A DNA stretch of 64,000 nucleotides. It comes from an uncultured Gemmataceae bacterium. Its GTDB lineage: Bacteria > Planctomycetota > Planctomycetia > Gemmatales > Gemmataceae. Positions 11,776 to 23,093 of this stretch are shown piece by piece. How positions within the stretch are numbered: the stretch's first letter is position 1; each line of letters opens with the position of its first letter. Below the pieces are notes generated by a model that worked only from the letters and a program-made list of their open reading frames with translations, was not told the DNA's origin and did not search any database. The translations under genes and the position numbers were made by a program. The DNA is taken from assembly GCA_963750165.1 (NCBI GenBank), contig CAVVPN010000001.1, positions 439,963-503,962 of the forward strand. The letters run 5' to 3'.

Positions 11776-13891
11776 TCCTTGGGCTCCTTGTCAGAGATAA
11801 GAGCATCTACCCGGCGGGCCAGGCGCGGATCAAGGCGGAAGGCTTCGTCCAGGCTGCGGCGCGCACCGCGGTAATCGGAGATTTCACCGAGCAACAACCC
11901 GCGCTCAAAGTGTGCCAGCGCGTCCTTCGGATCAATCTTGATGACCTGCTCGAGGTCGCTCAGGCAACCGGGGCAATCACCATGGCGCTGGCGGACCATG
12001 GCGCGCAGCCACCAGCCTTCCTTGCTCGCAGGAACCAGTCGCACCAGCGCTTCGACATCGGTCCGGGCGAGGTCGAAGCGGCCACGGCGGATCATGATCC
12101 GGGCTCGCCGCGCCAGGAAAGTCTCACTTTTCGGGTCCCGGCGGTCGGGATCTCCGTGAAGGACGGCGGCGCACTCGGCAAGCTCCTTTTCGGCCCCGTC
12201 GAGACTCCACCATTGCACCACTGCGAGACTCCCTTTTCCGTCCCCTGCTGCTACCAGAGCGTGGCGTCCATCAGGGGCCTGGGACAAGGCCAAGGGCTTC
12301 TCCGGTGCGACGCGACAGGATCGCAACTTCGCGCCGCTGCCGGTATCATAAAGTGTCACCCAACCCGCATCATCCAATGCGGCCAACCACGGCCCCTGCG
12401 GAGCGAAGCGGAGCGTGTGAATCTTGTGCGGGGCGTCGAGAAATCGCCCCTCGGTTGCCGGGGTGCCTGGCTGGAGCTGCCACAACTGGATTCCTTTGGC
12501 ACTGCCGACCGCAAGCGTCCGGCCGTCGGGAGAAAATGCAAGGGGGGCGGCCTTCACACCGACGCTCAAGGTGTCGAACTGGTAGCGCGTCGGGCCCCAC
12601 ACGGTCAGCAGCCACAACGAGCTGCAAAGGAGTAATCCGAGTACCGCGAGCGCCCCCCGATCCGCAACGTCCAGCGCAGCCGGCGCGTGTCGGACAACCG
12701 ACCGCGGAACAGCACGCCCGCCAGCAAGACGGCGAGCAGGAATGTCGTCGCCCAACGAAGTTCGGGGAATACTGGGACTGGCAGGAGGTTCCACAGTAAA
12801 ACCTCCTGCTCGGATGTCGCCACCGCGAGTGTTTGCCCGTCCGGGGAGATGGCCATCGAGTGCAAAGGGGTCACTCCCTCGTCGAGATCGGCTTCCTTTT
12901 TGAGACTACCCGTGATGACACGCCACCGGGTCAGGCGATGACTGCGCTCCTGAACCTCGTTGCCCAACACTATCTCGATCGGGTCGCCGGCGACGATCAG
13001 TTCGCCGGTCGGCGTGAAAGCGAGGGCGCGGACGCCGACGATATCGTATTTGGAACCGCCAGCCACGATCTCCTTGTCCTCCAATTTCCAGACCTGGAGC
13101 CAACCCCCGGGGCCGCCGTCCTGCGGATAGCCGCCCCCCGCCACCAGCACCTTGCCCGCCGCATCAAAAGCCAGCGCGCGGACGGGACCGGGATGTTCTC
13201 CCAGGCCCCCCGCTAACTGCACGGTGCCGGTCCTCCACACCTGGACAGTGGATCCCAGGCCCGCAGCCAACCACTCGCCGTCGGGGCTGATCGCCAGGCA
13301 CAACGGCGGGTCACTGCGACCGTGTTCCAGTACGCCGATCAATTCAACAGGGGCGAAGGTGCCGCGATCTTGCGGTAAAGATGCCGGATCAAACCGGTCG
13401 AACGGCGACTCGACAAGGGGAGGGGTTTCCGCCGGTGGTGTGGGGACCGCAGCGTACTCTGCCAGAGTGGCAACCGTGGCCGAGTACAAACTCCAGCCAG
13501 TCAGCGAAGCAAGGAGCCCAACCATGATCCAGCTACCCACGCCGCCCGAGCGGATCGGGGGACTGGGCTTTGTTTGTGGGGATGGTGGCGCAGTGGGACT
13601 TCCAGAGGCGGACTCGAACGGCGGCTCAGGCTCAGGGACCGGTTGCGCGGAACTCTCTGGCAGGGATGGGCCGATGGGCTCTTGGTCACTCGTTTCCTCT
13701 TGCGGGTCCTGAACTTCCAGGGGATGGCAACTCTCGAGATTCACCACAGCTGCACAATGGGGACAGGTTACGACCTGGTCTGCCAACTCGGTCACGAAAA
13801 CCGGGATCGCACAAGCGGGACAGGGGATTGATCGCGTCGTGGGCATATCGTGGAACTCCGGAACATCAGGGTTGGGGTTCTCACCGTTCAT
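11772..13891 (-). CDS. Zn-ribbon/WD40/TPR membrane protein (frameshift in G-run ~12655)
   Basis: CPAC...CPHC, Pro-rich linker, TM helix, WD40 repeats (AISPDGEWLA, AFSPDGRTLA), TM pair, C-terminal TPRs. Confidence 0.8.
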
Positions 13892-15075
13892 TATCTATCT
13901 GCGGCCATCAATTTTTGCGCGACCTGTTTGGCATTTTGATTGGTGTTGAGTTGGCAAACCAGGACCCGTTCCGACAGGGTCAGTTTCCGTGGCATGTTCT
14001 GTTCGATGTTCGCCAACCACTGGCGCCGTTCCTGCTGCGTTGGTTTGCGAAATTCATCTTCCTGAGCAGGCTGACCGGCGACGTCCTGGAGGCTCTTCGG
14101 GGAGGAGAGAGCGAGATGGTAATATCCAGATCTCAACGTCGAGTGGAAGTCGTGATGCCAGTCGAGTTGAAAGTGCAGTTGCCTCCGCATTTGGCCGGCT
14201 TCGGTGACGACGTCTCCTCCAAGAGCAGCCAGCCCCCGGGTCACATCCCCGCGTTGACCGGCCTGTGAGCCGGGCGGAGCTTCCGGGATCACCGGCCTGG
14301 CACCCACCTGGGGAACCGGCCCGATTCTGGGTTCTTCAGCGGGGGGCGGTACGAGTTGCATGTTGCGCAGGCGCCGTGCGATTTCGGGCTGGTCTTCTTG
14401 CAGGGCCCTGGCGATGAGCCCAAGTTGAAGCTTCTTGGCCAGTTTCGGGAATCCTGCCTCAGTGATTTCCTGGAGGTCCTTGATGAGGTCCGCCGGGTCG
14501 GGAGGCGTCTTCCAGGACTTTGCTTGCCATTGGGCAGCGTCTTCGGTCGCGAGCACCCCACGCCACAGACGGCGCGATCTCGCCGGCAGCACCTCGGCGC
14601 TCTCCTGAAGGAGGGAACCGACGGCCAGCACTTTCTTTAAGCTGGTCAACCCGTCCAACTGTTCTTCGTGGACGAGTCCCGCCAGCAGCTTGCTCCGTTG
14701 TCTGCCGTTGTCAGGAAGGTTGAAGAGAATTTGACGTCGGGACAACAGTGCTCGTTCTGTCCCGGCGGTGGGCACGCCCTCCACCCTGCTGATCAAGCGG
14801 GTGACGGGCATCTTGCCGAAAGCAACTTTCGAGGTAATTCCGCCGAGAGACGGGCGCAGAGTAACCCGGAGGTTTCCCGGAGGGAAGTTAGGCCGAGGCC
14901 GCCCGGCACCGGGACCCGGGTTGACGTGGATCCCGGCACCCCGATTAAACCGCACCCCGGCACCGAACGGTGGTTTGGGGAGAGGCACAGGCCTGCGGAA
15001 GATCCGCGACCAGTCCGCGCCACCAACCATGCCGACACACACCAACAATGCAACAACGGCGGTCCATTTCTTCAT
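13891..15075 (-). CDS. Exported hypothetical protein
   Basis: Signal peptide MKKWTAVVALLVCVGMVGGA, Pro/Gly-rich N-terminus; stop abuts next start. Confidence 0.7.
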   Translation of the reverse strand: MKKWTAVVALLVCVGMVGGADWSRIFRRPVPLPKPPFGAGVRFNRGAGIHVNPGPGAGRPRPNFPPGNLRVTLRPSLGGITSKVAFGKMPVTRLISRVEGVPTAGTERALLSRRQILFNLPDNGRQRSKLLAGLVHEEQLDGLTSLKKVLAVGSLLQESAEVLPARSRRLWRGVLATEDAAQWQAKSWKTPPDPADLIKDLQEITEAGFPKLAKKLQLGLIARALQEDQPEIARRLRNMQLVPPPAEEPRIGPVPQVGARPVIPEAPPGSQAGQRGDVTRGLAALGGDVVTEAGQMRRQLHFQLDWHHDFHSTLRSGYYHLALSSPKSLQDVAGQPAQEDEFRKPTQQERRQWLANIEQNMPRKLTLSERVLVCQLNTNQNAKQVAQKLMAADR

Positions 15076-15205
15076 GAGCGTTTCTCCTCATCCCATCATG
15101 GAAGGCGATTCTGTTACGTGTAACCACAGCCGGAGGGCACACTTTTCCGTCGCTTACGCTGGCGAATTGTATACCCACTTTAGGTCCCCTGATTCTGCAC
15201 CCGCG

Positions 15206-18200
15206 TTACCCCAACCCATAAAGGGTCAGGGCTCCCCATACCGTTGGGTCAGCGTGCGTTGTCCGCGAATGCAATTGGGCAGCGCGAAGCGCATCCCTGC
15301 TCGACTGCCCCTCCACTAACCTCCGGTAGAACTCCCCTAGCAACTCCCTCCGGGCCTCGTCCGGCACCGGCCACGACGCCGTCACCACTGCCCGCGCCCC
15401 GGCCACCACGAAGGCCCGCGGCAAGCCCACCGCGCCCACCTCGGCCCCCGGTTCCTCCACCGGCAGGCTTGCGGACAGCACGACCACCTCGGTCTGCCCC
15501 AGTGCGATGGCGGTGACATCCCACGCCGTCAACCGTCCTTCCGAGGCGTCCTGGTTCGCGTTCGCCAGGGCCAGGCCTATTCGGCTCAACGGATTCTCCC
15601 ACGCCGCCGGTCTCACCGTTGCCGGTGCCGTCTCCTTCGGGGGGACGGTTTCGCTCGCCGCCTCTCCCACGGCGAAAGCGTGCGTCGCCAGATGCAGAAC
15701 GCGCGGCGCACCGCACTCCACCAACCGCGACTTCGCCGCCTCTCCGTCCACCCAGGCGCGCACGCCGAGCACCTTGGCGATTTGCTCGGCCTCCGCGCGC
15801 GTCCCGGGCAGGGCAGTGAAACGCAGCCGCGCGACGGCACTGGGGCACTGGTTCGGAACTCGATCAGACTGATAAAAGCCAAGCTTAATCAGGCGCAGAA
15901 CCGCTGTCCACAGCCGACTCCACAATTTTCTCCCCGATTGCTGCAATGGCTCAACCGCGTCGTGCCGCTGTGGCGTCACCGGGCCGAAATCCGCAGCGCC
16001 AATGACCACGGCCGCCCCAGCTTCCCCCTCCGCCGGCACCGTCCGTAGCAGGTCGCGGCCGGTATACACCTGGCTAATCGTGTAACGGTCGATGAGATAG
16101 CCGCCGTCCTCCGTCGGCAGGAGGTTGAAGGGCACGCGGTGCAGTTCGCTGTCGGGTGCCAGCACCAACCTTTGACAGCCGTCCAGGGCCGGTATCAGCC
16201 TGTCAAAGACCACAGAGCGCAGGGCCGAACCCTGCACTCGCAGAGCCGCCGTGCGCTCCGGTCCCGCCACGCTGGTCAACACACGGCGGTAGTCGGTCAC
16301 CAGACGGTCGATGATCTCCGCCGAACCGAGGTCGATCAGCCGCACTGCATCGGGACGACCTGCCGGCAGCACGAACGCCAGGTAACGGGCCGGCGGCCGC
16401 GGTGCCTCGGCCTGCGTGAACAGTGTCCGGAAGTCCCAATCCGGCGAGCGGACGAACTCGACCAAGACGCTCCCCTCCGGCAGAGCTGCCGCAACCGTCC
16501 GCCGGTCTGCAGTCCGCAGCCGCCGCCCAACGGCCAACTCCGGCACCCGTTCGGCCAACTCCGCCTCCAGACTTTCCGCTCGTGTTTCCCAGTCCTCCAG
16601 CAAGCGCTGGTGCGTCACCTGACCTTCCGCCCCCGGACCATTGCGGCGCCGAACCAACGCTTGGCGACGCAGCCAGTACAGGCTGCGTCAGCCGCTCCGC
16701 CTGGGCCGGGTGCTTCGCCTCCATCACTGTTTTGCGACAGGCCGACAGCAACTCGACCCAAAGCGACTTGCGCCGCAGCACCACGTCGAAAACCTTGCCC
16801 GCCGCCTCAGGCGTGTCGGCCAGGCGCCGCGCGACCAGCGACAGGTACGTCTCGTAACGGATGTTCAGACCCTGCCCGCAGCTGGCTCGCGATTTACCGG
16901 AGTGCAGGGCCAACAGAGAAGGCAATAAGGCGTCGTCGAGGGCGGCCAACTGCTCCAACAGCGTCACCGCTTCCGCCTCCCGTCCCGTGGTCGCACACAG
17001 TCCCGCAAGCAGGTGCAAACTGACGGCGAAATCCGGATGCTCTTGCCCCATCGCCGTCCGCTCCAGACGCAATGTCTGCCGCAGCAGTGGTTCCGCCGTC
17101 GCGATCTGCCCCTGGCTGAGGGAGACCTGGGCCAGCCCCTTCAACAGCGGCGCGTGCAGCCGACCCTCTTCGGGAGCCGACCGCCGCACCATCTGCAGCG
17201 CCTCCCGGTAGGTTGCCTCCGCCGCCCGGAAATCGCGCCGTGTCCACTCGTGGTCGCCACGCAGCTGCAGCGCGCCCGCCAGAACCGGGTGATCCTCCGG
17301 ACACAGCCGCCGCAGCACCTCCAGGTGCTGCCGGACGTACGGCTCGGCCGCCCGCCCGTCGCCGTAATTGACGTACAGATCGGCCAGGACGCGCAAACCG
17401 TCGGCGTACTCGATGTGATCCTTGCCCAAGGCCTTGCGCAGGATCGCCAAGGCCTGCTGGCAGTGGGCCTCGGCCTCCTGCCGCCGGTCCAGCGTCCATT
17501 TCAGCCCCGCCAGTTCGGTCAGCCAGCGGGCCAGGACCGGCTGGTTCGGGCCGTGGGCCGCCTGGAGGATGTCCAACGCCTGTTGGTACAACGGCTCCGC
17601 CCGCTCGTACCGTTCTGTGGCATGGTACAGTCTGGCCAGCGCGATCAGGTAGAACGCCGTGTCTGGGTGGTCGTCTCCGCGTAGTGCCTGGATCACTTCA
17701 ACGGCCTGGCGGAGCAACGGCTCAGCCTGCGCCGGCTCTCCCAGTGCGTGGTATGTTAGCGCCAGGTTCATGTGGTCGGCGGCATGGAGGGGGTGGCCTT
17801 CGCCCGGCGTGGTCTGGGCGGCTTCCAGCACGTGGCGCAACAACGGTTCAGCCGCCAGGTGGTCGCCGACGGCAGCGTACAGTCGGGCGAGGTCGCTCGT
17901 TATTGGTATCAGGGGAGCTTCGTTACCCCTGAAAACCTTGCGGCCCAACTCCAGCGTCCTCCGCAACCCCGCCTCCGCCCGCTCGAAGTTGCCCCGGTCC
18001 TGGTAGACAAGGGCCTGCGTCCACGTGCTGCGGACGTAGCCGAGCGACTCCTCGCCTCCAACGGCGCGGAACACCTCCACAGCCTGATGGGACAGCGACT
18101 CGGCCTCGTCGAGCCGGCCCGCGAGGCGACACCACTCTGCCAGGGATTGCAAACTTTCGGCGAACTCAACCGAGGTCTCCCCTGGATCGGACCGACGAAT

Positions 18201-20074
18201 CTCCAGCGCCTTGCGAAGATACTGCTCCGCCGTCGTCAGGTCGCCGACCTGCTGGTGGAGAATGCCAAGGTCGGTGCAACTCTCCGCGACAGCGGGATGG
18301 TGCTCACACTCCATCTCAACGCGCAGGGTCAGGACCTGGCGAAAGCGCACTTCGGCTGCCTGCAGGTTGCCCACGGCAAGGTAGAAATTCGCCAGGTCGC
18401 GCAGAGCACGAGCGAACTCGGCGCTACGTTCGCCGCGCTGACGCTCGAGATTGACCACCTGGCTAAACAGCGATTCCGCTGTGGTCGTGTCACCCAAATC
18501 CTGATACATGCTGGCCTGATAACGCAACCACTCGATCCGTTCTGGATGCGTCTCACCGCGCGCCTGAAGAAGGAGTTCGCCGAGTTCGCGGGCCAGCGGT
18601 TCCGCCTGGTGCAACTTACCTGTCTCCATGTACAGGACAATCAATTGGCGCAATGCGTGCCGGTAGGTTGATTGTTCCTCCGGCGCCGCCGCGACGCAAG
18701 CGGCCTGTGCCTGCCGGTACAGCCCTTCGGCCTCCGCGTTTTCGCCGGCGTCCCGGTAGGCCTGGCCCAGGGCGCCCAGGGCAGCGGCCAGCAGACCGGG
18801 ATGTCCCTCACTATCGGCCCTGGCTCGTTCCACGGCCTCGAAGGCAAGGGAGCGGGCCGACGCGAAGTCCTGGCGGTTGAGCAACACTTCACTCAAACCC
18901 AGCAACACGGGGACTACGTCGGCAGCGACGGCGTCGGGGGAGTTGACGACGATGTCCTGGGCCTGGTGCAGCAGCGGTTCGGCCTCGGCATGTCGGTTCT
19001 GCGCCACAGGTTAATGGCCAACCGGACCAAGGAAGTGCTCAGTGAAGGTGACGACCCGAACCATTCGCGATCCAGATCGACGGCCTGGCGAAAGAGCGGT
19101 TCAGCCTCTGCGCACTTACCGCCTTCCTGTAGAACGGCAGCCAGCGTCTGCAGACTATCGCTGAAATAGATGTGCTTCTCGCCCAGGGCGCGGCGGGTGA
19201 TCTCCAGGGCGCGACGGGCAATGGGCTCAGCTGCGGCTGCAGTTTCAGGATCCTGCTGGCAGCGCACCAGGGCCAGCGTTTCGAGGCTGCTAGCGTAATC
19301 GGCGTGGTACTCGCCCAGAAGGCGGGCGCGGATGTCAACGCTGCGCGCGGCGAGTCGTTCGGCTGCAGCCAAATCGCCCCGGTCCAGGGCGAACCCGGCC
19401 AGAGCGTTCAGGCTACGGGCGAATTCCGGGTGCTCTTCGCCCAGCGTCGTTCGGAAGATGTCCCTTGAGCGGAGGAGTAGCCGTTCCCCCTCGGCAAGAC
19501 GGCCGCGCGCCAGGGCGATACGTGCGAGGATGGCCAAACTGCGAGCGAAGTCGGGGTGCTCCTCGCCCAGGGCTCGCTGGCGGATTTCCAGCGCTCGCCG
19601 GCTCAGGGCTTCGGCTTCGCCCCACCGGCCCAACAGGTCGTACAGGGTTCCGAGATCATGTAGTGTGCTAGCGCAGTGAAGGTGTTCGTCGCCCAGTGTG
19701 CGGCGGCGGATGTCAAGGACTCGCTGGAAGAGGGTCTCGGCCTGCTTGCACTTGCCCATCGCCTGGCACAACCGACCCAGGTCGTTGAGGGCGGCGGCGT
19801 ACTCGGGATGGTCCTTACCCTGAGTCGCACTGCGGATGTTGAGGGCCTCCAAACAGAGCGGCTCGGCCTGGCTGTGCTGGCCCAGTTCGCGGTTGGCTTC
19901 GGCTAACTGGCTCAGCATGTCGGCAAGTTGTGGCGAGCCTTCGCCGTACTCCAAACGGGCCTGTCCGCAAGCCTGTTGGGCCAGGAGAAGGGCCTGGGCG
20001 TAGCGGCCCTGCCGTAGTAGGTCCGTAACCTGTTCGTTCAAGTTGTGTATCATCTTGTCAGCCAGGATGGTCAT
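15206..20074 (-). CDS. Giant TPR-CHAT protein (~1600 aa; frameshifts ~19005 and ~16675), catalytic Cys replaced by Ser
   Basis: Many 42-aa TPRs (LGEEHPDFARSL), then CHAT: LVEFV, PDSELHRVPF, HLATHAF, VVVLSASLP, PTVWGALTLYG. Confidence 0.88.
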
Positions 20075-20214
20075 TTGCGCCTCCTCAATGGGTGCGTTTC
20101 AGCGCGCGAACTGGAGGACGTGCTCTCGGCACCAAAGAGACGGACAAAGGACTGACATGTTACAAAGAAATGTTCGACGTGGCGAAAAAGGATAAGGAAG
20201 CCGCGAGCAGGCGT

Positions 20215-20432
20215 TCAGGTTACGGGCCCTTCGCCCTTTTCCGGCGGCGGGGTCGGTCGGCCGAAGGAAAACAGGCGCAGGAAACGGTGCCAGAGGCTGG
20301 GCTTCTTGCAGGAGACGGGCTGACCACCAAGCCAGCGCCCGAGGTCGTCGGCCAATGCGGAGGCGCTCGGATAGCGTCGGGTGGGATCTTTTTCCAGGCA
20401 CTTCAGACAGATGCTGTCCAGGTCAAGCGGTG
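20215..20432 (-). pseudogene. Relic C-terminal lobe of a Ser/Thr kinase
   Basis: Manual translation [39 protein letters not shown] (kinase subdomain XI); no upstream kinase sequence. Confidence 0.8.
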
Positions 20433-20631
20433 TGCATGGATATGCGAATGTTCCGAAGAAAAGACAGGGTCCGATCTGGGATCAAAACTGGACAAACTTC
20501 CTTGTCGGCTGACGGGTCCGGCGGTTATCATACCAGGGTGCGATGACTTCGAGATGCGAAGCGGTAGAGATTTTCTACCGTAACATCTGTCCCCCAATGA
20601 GTTCTTTACAGCAGAGAACCGGGAAACCGAA

Positions 20632-21231
20632 ATGGCGAACCTCGATCAGCACCAATTGCTGCCACTGCTCCACCAGGCGTTGGCCGGGGATGCCTGCGCC
20701 TGGAACGACTTCTTCGGACATATTCGCAGGTATGTGGCCGCCGAGGTCCACAAGGCGCTCGGGTCGAACGGCGACTGGCCCCTCGACCATTCCAACCTGA
20801 TCCAGAGCACTCTGCGGCGGGTCTGGGAGCGGATCGGCAAACAGTTCGCCGGTGGTGCCGAGGAAGCGACGCTCCGCCGCTTCCTCGCCTGGGTGAGCAC
20901 AATCGTAAGCAACCGCGTCCATGATGAATGGCGGAGGATCCGAATCGTCGCCGGGGGCGATGCCGTGGACGACATCCCCCAGCCAAGCCGGAGCGGATCC
21001 GCGGCCAGGCGCGACCGCATCGCCGCAGAGTTGGCCGGGGCCCTGGCTGAACTCCCGGAGCGGCAGCGCCAGGTCGTCGAACTGTTCTGGTTCGAGGGGC
21101 TGTCGGACGTCGCCATCGGCGCCCGTCTGGGATGCCAACCGCGGACGGCCAGCGTCATGCGCTGCCGAGCACTCCGCACCCTGCGAAACCCGAGGCTCCA
21201 GGCTCTACTGGAGGAAATTCATGACAGTTGA
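20632..21231 (+). CDS. ECF-type RNA polymerase sigma factor
   Basis: Region 2 (AGDACAWNDFF...FLAWVSTIVSNRVHDEWR) and region 4 (LAELPERQRQVVELFWFEGLSDVAIGARLG). Confidence 0.9.
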   Translation: MANLDQHQLLPLLHQALAGDACAWNDFFGHIRRYVAAEVHKALGSNGDWPLDHSNLIQSTLRRVWERIGKQFAGGAEEATLRRFLAWVSTIVSNRVHDEWRRIRIVAGGDAVDDIPQPSRSGSAARRDRIAAELAGALAELPERQRQVVELFWFEGLSDVAIGARLGCQPRTASVMRCRALRTLRNPRLQALLEEIHDS

Positions 21232-22894
21232 CGAAGAACTGGCCGCCTGGGGGGAACCTCCCGTGAGTCCCGACGAAGAGCCTCTCCTGGCTTTCCTTGA
21301 CCACTTCCTGGAAAAAAGGGCGCGCGGCGAACTTATTGACGTGGAGGAATTGGTCACGGTGTTCCCGGGTCTGCCGCCGGAAGGCCCCGCCCTGGCCCGC
21401 ACGGCGACGGGACTCGAAGAACTCGTAGCCAGCGTCCTGGACCACTCATCCGTCCAGCATGGCAGGAACGCTCCGCCGGACGCGCCGACCGAACTCTTCG
21501 AGCAGCCCACTCTTCCCGAGGGATTTCCGGGTCCAGCGCCGGCCGGCTTCCGAGTCCGGGCCTGCATCGGAGAGGGCTGCTTCAGCAAGGTCTGGCTGGC
21601 CGACCATCAGCGCCTCGGTATTCCCGTGGCGCTGAAGGCCCTGCACCTAGGCGCCACAGAAGAGACGCGGGCACTAGCGCTTGGTGTGCTGCAGAGCGAG
21701 GCGCGGGCCCTTGCCCGGCTCAACCATCCCAACATCGTCCGCGTCTATGGCCTGGAGCAGGTTGAGGGCGAACACTACCTTGTCCTACAGTTTGTGGACG
21801 GTGGTTCACTTCAGGCCCGCTTGACGAAAGACGGTCCGCTGGGCTGGGAGACTGCGGCACGCTACCTCGCCGATGTCGGCGAAGCTCTAATCCACGTGCA
21901 TGCTGCCGGAGTCGTGCATCGCGACATCAAGCCAGCTAACATCCTGTGGGACTCCTTGCAGGACGAGGCGTTGCTAACCGATTTTGGCCTGGCGACACGG
22001 CTCACAGAGACAAAAGAGGCAGCGGGAACGCCATTGTACATGGCCCCAGAGGCATTCGCCGGACGCAGCACCCCGGCGAGTGAGGTGTACGGTCTGGCAG
22101 CCACCTTATTCGCCCTGGTGACCGGTCAGGTGCCGTTCCCGGCCATGACGCGACGCGAACTGTTAGAGCGCATTCAGCACGGTCTGCCCGATCGCGAGCC
22201 GCTGTTCGCAGGCGTTCCCGAAGCGCTGGAACGTCTCATCCGCGCCGGCCTCGCGGCAGCGCCCGAGCGCCGTCCTGAGTTGCCCTTGTTTGTGGAAACT
22301 TTGCGTGGCGCGTTGAACCAACTCCTGGCCGACTCGCTCCTGCTGCCGACCGCCGGAACGACCATGCCAGCCGCGGTTGACCTGCGTCTGCGAGTTTCCC
22401 GACTGGACAGCCGCGGCGGCTGGACCCAGGTGGCCTCGACCCATCCTGAGCCCGCTGGACTTACACGCGACATGACCAAGGTGCCGCCCAAGCCGGAATA
22501 CGTCGGCGTACGGACTGGCGACCGGGTTCGTGTCGAAGTTCTGACCAACCGCGATGGTTTCGTGACCGTATTCAACGTCGGGCCAACGGGTCAGTTGAAT
22601 CTACTTCACCCCGACCCCGACGCATCTGCGGCCGTGCAGGCGAACCGGAACCTGCAGGTTCTCGACGTGGCCCTGACGCCACCGGCAGGCCGCGAGCGAT
22701 TGTTTGCCGTCTGGAGCCAGGCGCCGCTGCCACTGTCGCTCGCCGATCTGGTGCATCTGACCCAAGGCAGCGTGCCGGTGTCGGCGTGCTACCGGTCCAC
22801 CCGCAACATGGAACGCGTGCAGGCATCAGTTCAGCAATTACATCGGGAGGATTGGCAAGCAACGGTGCTTGAATTAGACCACCGAGATTGTTGA
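21221..22894 (+). CDS. Ser/Thr protein kinase with C-terminal DUF4384-like domain
   Basis: GGAGG RBS, ATG 21221 overlapping the sigma gene end; IGEGCFSKVW, VALK, HRDIKPAN, DFG, YMAPE; tail GDRVRVEV..DGFVTVFNVGPTGQLNLLHP. Confidence 0.92.
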   Translation: MTVDEELAAWGEPPVSPDEEPLLAFLDHFLEKRARGELIDVEELVTVFPGLPPEGPALARTATGLEELVASVLDHSSVQHGRNAPPDAPTELFEQPTLPEGFPGPAPAGFRVRACIGEGCFSKVWLADHQRLGIPVALKALHLGATEETRALALGVLQSEARALARLNHPNIVRVYGLEQVEGEHYLVLQFVDGGSLQARLTKDGPLGWETAARYLADVGEALIHVHAAGVVHRDIKPANILWDSLQDEALLTDFGLATRLTETKEAAGTPLYMAPEAFAGRSTPASEVYGLAATLFALVTGQVPFPAMTRRELLERIQHGLPDREPLFAGVPEALERLIRAGLAAAPERRPELPLFVETLRGALNQLLADSLLLPTAGTTMPAAVDLRLRVSRLDSRGGWTQVASTHPEPAGLTRDMTKVPPKPEYVGVRTGDRVRVEVLTNRDGFVTVFNVGPTGQLNLLHPDPDASAAVQANRNLQVLDVALTPPAGRERLFAVWSQAPLPLSLADLVHLTQGSVPVSACYRSTRNMERVQASVQQLHREDWQATVLELDHRDC

Positions 22895-22904
22895 TTGCAA
22901 GGGC

Positions 22905-23038
22905 TCGACTTGGCTGGCTTGATGCCGTGCAGTCCATATCAAGCGAGCCGCAACATGGTGCGCGTCAAGCAATCGGTGCAGCAGTTGCCGGCTGAGGATT
23001 GGCAGGTTGTGGTGCTGGAGCTGGAGCATCATGGGTAG
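22905..23038 (+). pseudogene. Diverged duplicate of the kinase C-terminal ~40 codons
   Basis: PCSPYQASRNMVRVKQSVQQLPAEDWQVVVLELEHHG* versus VSACYRSTRNMERVQASVQQLHREDWQATVLELDHRDC*. Confidence 0.8.
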
Positions 23039-23093
23039 CGATCCGCGACCAGTGCGAGGAACTAAACTATCCAATATCCAGTAGAGACTTCCC

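Noticed and set aside
20921..21220. Extended kinase N-terminus from ORF track
   Set aside because: Overlaps the sigma gene out of frame; RBS supports ATG 21221
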